From an uncultured candidatus Porisulfidus sp. (GTDB lineage Bacteria; Pseudomonadota; Gammaproteobacteria; Poriferisulfidales; Poriferisulfidaceae), in contig OZ220480.1 in assembly GCA_965116025.1 (NCBI GenBank), forward strand, positions 288,001 to 352,000: a stretch of 64,000 nt of DNA. The letters run 5' to 3'. Position 1 is the first letter of the stretch; each line of letters starts with the position of its first letter. The notes under the pieces are model-generated. The model ran no database searches, was not told where the DNA came from, and saw nothing but the letters and a program-made list of their open reading frames with translations. Of this stretch, positions 54,278 to 64,000 are shown in pieces. The position numbers and the translations under genes are program-made.

Positions 54278-57150
54278 CCAATCCGGAGCGCCGCGCTCCG
54301 GCCTCATTGAAGCTGGGCCGGGCTCATCCGCGCCGCCTGCATTGAAGGTGCGATCCTTCGCGCCGCCAATCCGGAGCGCCGCGCTCCGGCCTCATTGAAG
54401 CGTTGATGAGCGATTCCAGTCCAATCCGGAGCGCCGCGCTCCGCCTCATTGAACGGCGCCCGTAGGGCGCCGGCCAATCCGGAGCGCCGCGCTCCGGCCT
54501 CATTGAAGCAGCGCGTCCTGGACCTCCAAGCAAGCTCCGCCTCATTCTCAGCGCCAATCCGGAGCGCCGCGCTCCGGCCTCATTGAAGCCAGTCCTTGCG
54601 TTCGCCAGGCGCTCCGTGAAGCCTCGCAGTTCGCCAATCCGGAGCGCCGCGCTCCGGCCTCATTGAAGCCCTCTCCCAGCGACAGGTATGGCCCATGTCC
54701 TATCCCCAATCCGGAGCGCCGCGCTCCGGCCTCATTGAAGCACCCTCCTCCGGGACGACCGAAGTGTCGACCGGGATCGCCAATCCGGAGCGCCGCGCTC
54801 CGGCCTCATTGAAGCCGTATTTGCTTTCGTTCCTCATTTCAGACTCCTAATCACCAATCCGGAGCGCCGCGCTCCGGCCTCATTGAAGCGGGTATCGCAA
54901 CTACGATAGGAACCGCTACAACGGACCCAATCCGGAGCGCCGCGCTCCGGCCTCATTGAAGCTTGAAAATCTGGTAATCGGACGGCTTGAGCGGACGCAG
55001 CCAATCCGGAGCGCCGCGCTCCGGCCTCATTGAAGCTGTGTCGAATTGCGCGAACTCGACCCCCACCGCGCTACCAATCCGGAGCGCCGCGCTCCGGCCT
55101 CATTGAAGCACGCGGACGAGGCGGTGATGGCGCGGCATAGAGACGGGCCAATCCGGAGCGCCGCGCTCCGGCCTCATTGAAGCTGGTTGTTCATCATGGA
55201 CGGCATCCTAGAACGGATCCCAATCCGGAGCGCCGCGCTCCGGCCTCATTGAAGCGTAATTCATTCGTCCATCTCCCCCACCAGCTCGCCTATCCCAATC
55301 CGGAGCGCCGCGCTCCGGCCTCATTGAAGCGTCGAGCTTCCTCTCGAGCGCGGCCACCTCAGCCAGCCAATCCGGAGCGCCGCGCTCCGGCCTCATTGAA
55401 GCGATGGGTCGCGCCCGGAGTCTGGCCGCGGACGACGCCCAATCCGGAGCGCCGCGCTCCGGCCTCATTGAAGCGTCATAGCTCCTGAACAGACAATCCG
55501 GAGCGCCGCGCCCCAGAGGGTGGCGTAGGCCCAATCCGGAGCGCCGCGCTCCGGCCTCATTGAAGCGTGGCCACAGGCGTGACCCGCCCAACATCGCAGC
55601 TGACCAATCCGGAGCGCCGCGCTCCGGCCTCATTGAAGCGGCGGTACGTGGACCCGACCTGCTCCCTCTCCCTGACCGCCAATCCGGAGCGCCGCGCTCC
55701 GGCCTCATTGAAGCATCAGGTCCGGAGGCAGCGGGGCGGGCTTGTCCGTCCGCCAATCCGGAGCGCCGCGCTCCGGCCTCATTGAAGCCTGTTCCGGCAT
55801 GTACGCCGTCGCGAAGCCCGCGAAGCCAATCCGGAGCGCCGCGCTCCGGCCTCATTGAAGCCAATACGCCGCAGCGCCGGGCTTCTTGTCTCGCCCGGCC
55901 AATCCGGAGCGCCGCGCTCCGGCCTCATTGAAGCCCGGCGTTTACGCCCTCGGCGGTGAGCAGATCCAACTCGCCAATCCGGAGCGCCGCGCTCCGGCCT
56001 CATTGAAGCGCTGCTGCGCGGAATTGGGCGTCCTGTAGCGGAGCCCCAATCCGGAGCGCCGCGCTCCGGCCTCATTGAAGCCGGGCCTGATACGCGCATT
56101 TTATATTGCGCGGTATGGAACCAATCCGGAGCGCCGCGCTCCGGCCTCATTGAAGCAGTATCGCCGTTACGCCGCTCCCGACCTCGCCTAGCGCCAATCC
56201 GGAGCGCCGCGCTCCGGCCTCATTGAAGCCCCCCAATCCTCCGCGGGCGCGGGCGTAGATGATGGACCAATCCGGAGCGCCGCGCTCCGGCCTCATTGAA
56301 GCTCCTTGCCGCCAGGCCGCTGGCTAAGCGTATCGGAGCCAATCCGGAGCGCCGCGCTCCGGCCTCATTGAAGCGAGCAGCGCGCGGACATCGCGGGGCT
56401 GTTCACGGACCAATCCGGAGCGCCGCGCTCCGGCCTCATTGAAGCGGCGAGGACACGGCCAATCTGGTGGAGATCAGGGCGCCCAATCCGGAGCGCCGCG
56501 CTCCGGCCTCATTGAAGCCTCTTTCTCGTCCATGAGCCAGCCCTCAACGATCGCCAATCCGGAGCGCCGCGCTCCGGCCTCATTGAAGCGAAGTTTCGTT
56601 GCTCATAATGATGTACGCTCCTATGCCAATCCGGAGCGCCGCGCTCCGGCCTCATTGAAGCTCCAACCTCCCAATATCCGGGCCGCCCGACTCGCGCCCC
56701 AATCCGGAGCGCCGCGCTCCGGCCTCATTGAAGCCGCCCCGCCTCCCGGTCGGCCTTGCTCGCGATCCCGCCAATCCGGAGCGCCGCGCTCCGGCCTCAT
56801 TGAAGCAGCATCCGGGCATCATCGACGGGGACAACTCGGAGCGGCCAATCCGGAGCGCCGCGCTCCGGCCTCATTGAAGCCCGCTATGGACTACCTGATG
56901 GAGCGCACGGGCGGCGTTCCAATCCGGAGCGCCGCGCTCCGGCCTCATTGAAGCCCGCTATGGACTACCTGATGGAGCGCACGGGCGGCGTTCCAATCCG
57001 GAGCGCCGCGCTCCGGCCTCATTGAAGCTCGGGAGATGGGGTGGACGGCTTGCTGGATTACCTGCCAATCCGGAGCGCCGCGCTCCGGCCTCATTGAAGC
57101 GCGCGAAGCCCCCAGTTAGCGATCGGTTCGCGCTCCGGCCTCATTGAAGC
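54278..57150 (+). CRISPR. CRISPR array, repeat CCAATCCGGAGCGCCGCGCTCCGGCCTCATTGAAGC (36 bp)
   Basis: 39 repeats counted plus a 22-bp partial terminal repeat (57129-50); 8-bp hairpin CCGGAGCG/CGCTCCGG; most spacers 35-39 bp; ATTGAAGC 3' end. Confidence 0.99.
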
Positions 57151-57210
57151 GGCGAAACAGAGCCTCTTTGATATACTTTTTCAGAACTTCCTGAATAGGG
57201 TGAAGAAATA

Positions 57211-58464
57211 ATGACTCAACTTACGTTCAAATTGCTTCGCGATTCCGTCTCAAGCAAAGCGGTCGCGTTGCGCTCTCGAATGACTTTGCAACCGGCTGGA
57301 GGAGAGGGAGACAAGGTTTTTCCACCATCCTATTCCGTTGAAAGGAGTGCCTCTCACAAGTATGCCGTAGAAGAGCGACAGGTCGGTAACAGCGATAACG
57401 TGACCACTACGGTACTACTCGATTCGGTAGCATCACAGGCGAACCGTGCAGAACTTGCATTACTTGAAGGATGGGAACGAGGCGAATTGATTTTTCCTGT
57501 CCCCTACGTCGATTTCTCCGAAGACGGAGGGATAACGGATTACGAGAAACTCACGGTACTGGAAGCACCGCATCGACTAGCAGATGCGATTTTCCGAGAC
57601 AGCCTGCTTGATGGCACACTGTTTCGCCTATCTGATATCGGTCAGGCAATTACTGAAGCCACACCTCGGGATGCTACGGAATTGTTTCGCTACTCCCCAA
57701 CTTCCTTGTTGTTTGGTATGTGGGATTCCACTGGCCCAAAAGGTGGTCTAGGGTCGAAATTCCAGCGCGCCTATGTGTCTGAAATCGTTGGCTTTGATGC
57801 CAAAGTGGGAAAAAAAGTTGGCAGTCGGATCGACCCCCTACAAATTGAGAAAGTCGCCCCAGATGATCGTGTCTACAACAGTGCACTACCGGGCGAGGTA
57901 TGGACTGATGACCCAGAGAAAGCGGAAATGGCCAAGAACAAAAAACCAGCACACGCTTCGCGTGGTAGCGAAAGTGGCGAGGCTGGACAGCCCTCGAAGA
58001 TCAACCACGGCAACATTGTTCCTTCAATTGACTCTTATGCTGGTGGTGTCACCATTTCAAGTGCTCTGCAGACTACGGTAGTCTCTTTTGCCGCCCTTCG
58101 CCGGTTGCGATGCAAGGGACACACTCGGGAAGCAGAAGCCGCTTTGCATGTGGCAGTTGCGGCACTTGGAGTCGCTGCCATTGCCTACCAATATGAAATG
58201 GATTTTGATCTTCGGGCACGTTGCCTGTTACTTCCGACACATCCTCCCAAGATCGAACTGCTACGACGCGATGGCTCACCCGGTGAGGTAGTGGATATAG
58301 ACCGAACCTCCTCTAGGAAAATTCTTGAACAAGCGGCCACGCAGGCAAGAGAAGCCGGTATCGGCTGGGAAACAAACGAGATTCGGCTTGTGCCTGCGCC
58401 AAAATTACTGGAGCTAATTCGGCGAAGTCGCAAGGTGTCTACTACTACCGAAACCACGGAGTGA
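57211..58464 (+). CDS. csb1: Type I-G Cas7 (Csb1)
   Basis: KVFPPSY, LDSVASQANRAE, PHRLADA, SLLFGMWDS, SRIDPL, LRARCLL. Confidence 0.93.
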   Translation: MTQLTFKLLRDSVSSKAVALRSRMTLQPAGGEGDKVFPPSYSVERSASHKYAVEERQVGNSDNVTTTVLLDSVASQANRAELALLEGWERGELIFPVPYVDFSEDGGITDYEKLTVLEAPHRLADAIFRDSLLDGTLFRLSDIGQAITEATPRDATELFRYSPTSLLFGMWDSTGPKGGLGSKFQRAYVSEIVGFDAKVGKKVGSRIDPLQIEKVAPDDRVYNSALPGEVWTDDPEKAEMAKNKKPAHASRGSESGEAGQPSKINHGNIVPSIDSYAGGVTISSALQTTVVSFAALRRLRCKGHTREAEAALHVAVAALGVAAIAYQYEMDFDLRARCLLLPTHPPKIELLRRDGSPGEVVDIDRTSSRKILEQAATQAREAGIGWETNEIRLVPAPKLLELIRRSRKVSTTTETTE

Positions 58465-60138
<1,674 letters not shown>

Positions 60139-60195
60139 AACCCGGATGAATAGACTCGATTCCGATCTAGCCTTTATGAAGGGACCAAACCACTT

Positions 60196-62994
60196 GTGAA
60201 AGACGAATATTCCGCCATGGATTTCGTTGCATTCTTCAAGGATGTCCATGACTATGAACCATTTCCGTGGCAACACCGATTAACTGAACAGGTGCTTGAT
60301 CAGAGGAAATGGCCAAAAGTCATCAGCCTTCCGACTGGTACGGGCAAGACCGCGGTGCTCGACACAGCTATATTCGCCATGGCTGCACATCCAGAGACCA
60401 CTCCCCGGAGAATCGTTTTTGTCATTGATCGCCGGATTGTCGTCGATCAAGTCTACAAACGGGCCCAGCAAATTCAAAAGCGCGTAGAGACGGCTAAAAC
60501 CCTCGTACTGAAACACATCCGGGATCGCCTACGAGAGTTAAGTGATGGTGAAACTTTGGGCATCGCCGCGTTACGAGGGGGAATTCCTATTGACGGCGAC
60601 TGGGCACACCGTCCAGACCAACCATGGGTAATGGTTTCCACAGTAGATCAGTTCGGCTCTCGTCTCTTGTTTCGAGGCTACGGAGTAAGCCCGGGTATGA
60701 GGCCAATTCATGCCGGACTTACCGGTAACGACTGCCTTGTGATCTTGGATGAAGTACATTTAAGCGTTCCATTCGCGCAAACCCTCACCCAGATATCCAC
60801 GCTGTCACCAGAGGGACCACTACCTCAAAGGTTTATTACGGTCGAAATGTCTGCCACTCCCAATGATAGGGAATCAAACCCTTTTACCTTGGACCCCGAG
60901 AAGGATCTAGAAGAATGCGCAGAGCTGCGACGCCGCATGAAAGCCGATAAGCGAGCGAAACTCATACCAGCGCGAGATCAAGAAGCCATTCCAGCCACCG
61001 TGAAGAAAATCGTCAAGTCCATACGCAAGAACGAATCGCAAGTTCGTAGCGTTGGTGTCATCGTGAATCGGGTACGAACAGCTCGCGATACCTACGCCAC
61101 ACTTATTGATGAAGGCTATCCAACATACCTGATCACCGGACGAATGCGCCCACTGGATCGGGTTTATGCACTGGAACGAATCGGCCCAGTCGTCAACCCT
61201 GATAGCGATCAGCATGAGGATCAACTCGCGGTCATAGTCGCGACTCAAGCCATTGAGGTCGGTGCGGATTTCAGTTTCGACGCGCTCATCACCGAATGCG
61301 CCGCGGTCGATAGCCTCCGACAACGGTTTGGACGCCTTGATCGCCGCGGAACCTATTCAGAACGTACCGGATCTCCGGCTCAAGCTTGGATTATCGGACC
61401 CAAGTCAGTAGTTGGCTCCAAAAAACCCGATCCTATTTACGGCGAGTCAGTCAGGGCGACATGGGAAGAACTTGAACGACGCCGCGAAGATGATGGGGAG
61501 CTGGCAGTCGGCCCAATGGCGTTGCGGGATAATTTTCCAGACAACGCAACTGCACCGAAAATATATGCGCCACTCCTCTTAAGAACGTACATGGATGCTT
61601 GGGTACAAACTAGACCCGAGCCCATAGCACAACCTTCCATCGACTGGTTTCTTCACGGCATTGAGCAGAACAAACCAGCGGATGTCTCGGTTCTGTGGCG
61701 ATTTGATCGAACTTCAGAAACTCTACGTCTAGTTCCTCCCCAGCAAGCGGAATTCATTCAAATACCCGCCCAAGCAGTCAAATCATGGCTAGCAGGAACA
61801 TCGGAAGTCGATATCGCCGATGTTAGTCAAGCGCAAGAATCTGATAATACCGACACCCAAAATAAATCGCACGTCAAAAACTGGGTACGCTGGGATGGAT
61901 TCGATGAAGGCGCAAAGAATGATATCCAGGTCATGGACATCCGCCCTGGAGATGTACTCATACTAGACCCCAAGTGTGGCGGTTTGACAGCCGGAACGTG
62001 GGATCCATCCTCGGAAGATCCAGTAACGGACCTCGGCGATGCGGCACAGATAGAATCTGGGCGTAGGGTCACATTGCGACTCGATCCGAATCTTCCCCAC
62101 ATGGTCTCTCCACCAGCTCCAGCTGACGAAGCCATAGCAGACACATCGCCCTCTCAACGAATCTCGGCATGGCTTGAATCTTATATATCCGATTCGAAAG
62201 ATCAGTCGTGCTGGATGCACAAAGCCATTGAAAATCTGGGGAGTGACTTCGATGTAATCCCAGTGGGGACCGGCAACGATTGTCTTGGGAAAAGTTATTA
62301 CATCCTGATCTCAAAGGACCCAAATACGAAGAAACCTATGGTGGATGCGGCGACACTTGACGGCTCAGACGAGACAGGTTCTTTCACATCAACAGGCATA
62401 AGCCTGGGTCAGCATTTGGATGGTGTCGGAAAACGCGCCGGACAAATAGCCGAAAGATTGGGATTACCATGCGAGGTCGTACAAGATCTCAGATTGGCCG
62501 GTCATTTGCACGATCTCGGTAAGGTGGATAGCCGTTTCCAATATCAACTGGTGGGCGGCGACATGGTTGAACTGGCAATGCGACGCGAAGAGCCACTAGC
62601 TAAGTCATTACCGGGAACTCGCAAGGTTCCAGGGTATCCCAAGGGAATGCGGCATGAGATCGCGAGTGTAGCAATGATTTTATCGAATACTGATATTCTC
62701 AGTCTCGCTCACGACGAGGACCTAGTACTCCACCTGGTTGGAACGCACCATGGCTGGGGGCGGCCACTGCCACCAATCATTGAAGACCCGAATCCTCAGA
62801 CACTTGAATACAGATGGAACGGGCACTTCCTAGCCGCAAAATCGGATCTAGTAGAAAGCTCTTTGGCTCTCGACATGGCCAACCGCTTCTGGGATCTAGT
62901 TGAGCATTATGGGCACCACGGATTGGCTTGGCTTGAAGCCATCTTACGGCTGGCTGACCATCAGCAAAGTGCCGAGGAGAGCAAGAAAGTATGA
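60196..62994 (+). CDS. cas3: Type I-G Cas3 helicase-nuclease with C-terminal HD domain
   Basis: PFPWQ, PTGTGKT, DEVH, SAT, QRFGR; C-terminal HL..V, HDLGK, RHE, HHG, RLAD. Confidence 0.95.
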   Translation: MKDEYSAMDFVAFFKDVHDYEPFPWQHRLTEQVLDQRKWPKVISLPTGTGKTAVLDTAIFAMAAHPETTPRRIVFVIDRRIVVDQVYKRAQQIQKRVETAKTLVLKHIRDRLRELSDGETLGIAALRGGIPIDGDWAHRPDQPWVMVSTVDQFGSRLLFRGYGVSPGMRPIHAGLTGNDCLVILDEVHLSVPFAQTLTQISTLSPEGPLPQRFITVEMSATPNDRESNPFTLDPEKDLEECAELRRRMKADKRAKLIPARDQEAIPATVKKIVKSIRKNESQVRSVGVIVNRVRTARDTYATLIDEGYPTYLITGRMRPLDRVYALERIGPVVNPDSDQHEDQLAVIVATQAIEVGADFSFDALITECAAVDSLRQRFGRLDRRGTYSERTGSPAQAWIIGPKSVVGSKKPDPIYGESVRATWEELERRREDDGELAVGPMALRDNFPDNATAPKIYAPLLLRTYMDAWVQTRPEPIAQPSIDWFLHGIEQNKPADVSVLWRFDRTSETLRLVPPQQAEFIQIPAQAVKSWLAGTSEVDIADVSQAQESDNTDTQNKSHVKNWVRWDGFDEGAKNDIQVMDIRPGDVLILDPKCGGLTAGTWDPSSEDPVTDLGDAAQIESGRRVTLRLDPNLPHMVSPPAPADEAIADTSPSQRISAWLESYISDSKDQSCWMHKAIENLGSDFDVIPVGTGNDCLGKSYYILISKDPNTKKPMVDAATLDGSDETGSFTSTGISLGQHLDGVGKRAGQIAERLGLPCEVVQDLRLAGHLHDLGKVDSRFQYQLVGGDMVELAMRREEPLAKSLPGTRKVPGYPKGMRHEIASVAMILSNTDILSLAHDEDLVLHLVGTHHGWGRPLPPIIEDPNPQTLEYRWNGHFLAAKSDLVESSLALDMANRFWDLVEHYGHHGLAWLEAILRLADHQQSAEESKKV

Positions 62995-63917
62995 GTGGCA
63001 CACATATTCCCGGGCTCGAAGGAACAAACCCATTGGGTTTGTTCGCAGCTATTGGCATACAGGTGGCGTTCGCGACCGAGGACCGGCAACCACGGCTGTG
63101 GTGGAGTGACGATGTTACTCCGCACGCGATCATAGATAAAGAATTCACCATTGACCTGATCGTGCAGAAAGCATTAAAAGAATTTTCGCTCTGGAAGGAA
63201 AGCCCGGCCATCAAGCCACAAAGAACGGACGGCTCAAAAATGCCTAAGAGCGAAGAACTCAAACTGCTACCCGAAGACATTAAAGTGTATCTCGATCAGG
63301 CGGAGCGGTGTACCCGAGGCCGTGGCTTGGCTACTGCTCTCCTAGCTCAGGGTAGCCTAGACAACAACGGTATAGCAAAACCATCCGACTTCTACTTCAT
63401 GGCGGGCCAACAGAAGTTCTTGGATATAGCCCACAAAATCCTAACCGCCGCCAATCACGATGAAATCAAGGCTGGCCTTGAAGGCCCATGGCGCTACGAA
63501 AGCGATATTCTTTCCCTTGGATGGGATGTCGCCGACGACCGCGTATATGCCCTCATGGCAAACGACCCTAGCGCGGAAAAGAAAAAAACAAACCCCGGTC
63601 CGGAAGCATTGGCTCTATTGGGGGTGAGCCTGTATCCGGTCTTCGCAAAGCAAGGGCGCACGAAGACACAAGGATGCTCCGGAACATGGAAGAAGGGGCA
63701 TTTTTCTTGGCCTATTTGGCGAAAGCCCGCATATCCTAGTGTTGTCAAATCGCTATTAGCACATGCATACGACTGCGACCGTGCGGTAGATTCAAATCGT
63801 CATCGCTGGTACAAATCCTGGGGCATATCCACCATCCTTCGATCACCAATCCGTCGTACCAACCAAGGCGGCTACGGAACATTCGGCCCACCGGAGATCA
63901 TGTGGCAACAAGCATGA
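62991..63917 (+). CDS. Type I-G short large-subunit-like protein (Cas8g)
   Basis: GLEGTNPLGLFAAIG start, AGQQKFL, WPIW; ATGA-coupled to cas3 in a csb1-csb2-cas3 operon. Confidence 0.72.
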   Translation: MSGTHIPGLEGTNPLGLFAAIGIQVAFATEDRQPRLWWSDDVTPHAIIDKEFTIDLIVQKALKEFSLWKESPAIKPQRTDGSKMPKSEELKLLPEDIKVYLDQAERCTRGRGLATALLAQGSLDNNGIAKPSDFYFMAGQQKFLDIAHKILTAANHDEIKAGLEGPWRYESDILSLGWDVADDRVYALMANDPSAEKKKTNPGPEALALLGVSLYPVFAKQGRTKTQGCSGTWKKGHFSWPIWRKPAYPSVVKSLLAHAYDCDRAVDSNRHRWYKSWGISTILRSPIRRTNQGGYGTFGPPEIMWQQA

Positions 63918-64000
63918 ATGCCTTTACCCGGCACGAGCGTAAATCCTACTGATAAAACCTATAGGGGAAAAACGCATTCGCTGAACACCATGAAACACGC

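Noticed and set aside
54009-56951. ORFs within the CRISPR leader and array
   Set aside because: Translation artefacts of the repeat and leader.
54314-57128. Self-targeting spacers
   Set aside because: None noticed by eye within this window; a BLAST of spacers against the genome is needed to exclude them.

Overview
High-GC gammaproteobacterial chromosome segment (taxonomy inferred from the core genes). Housekeeping blocks (tsaC-topA, accBC-aroQ-dsbD-cutA, rpmE, hemW-rdgB-rph, parE-parC-htpX, recR-dnaX) alternate with defence and mobile-element patches. Main accessory content: (1) an autotransporter whose signal-peptide coding region contains a G17 tract that is currently out of frame; (2) a lower-GC, translationally coupled operon of GHKL-type ATPase, hypothetical, DUF6339-like protein and C5 DNA methyltransferase, followed by a sigma70-region-4-like protein, with no recognisable nuclease. 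This is the best candidate for an uncharacterised system; (3) two damaged AbiE type IV toxin-antitoxin pairs, one interrupted by an IS110-family (IS1111-type) element whose downstream non-coding end folds into a bridge/seekRNA-like two-loop structure; (4) McrBC; (5) a DUF4011 helicase-nuclease (Hhe-like); (6) a type I-G CRISPR-Cas locus with 39 repeats plus a partial terminal repeat, placed between the adaptation and effector modules. All family calls come from motif recognition by eye; no database searches were run.
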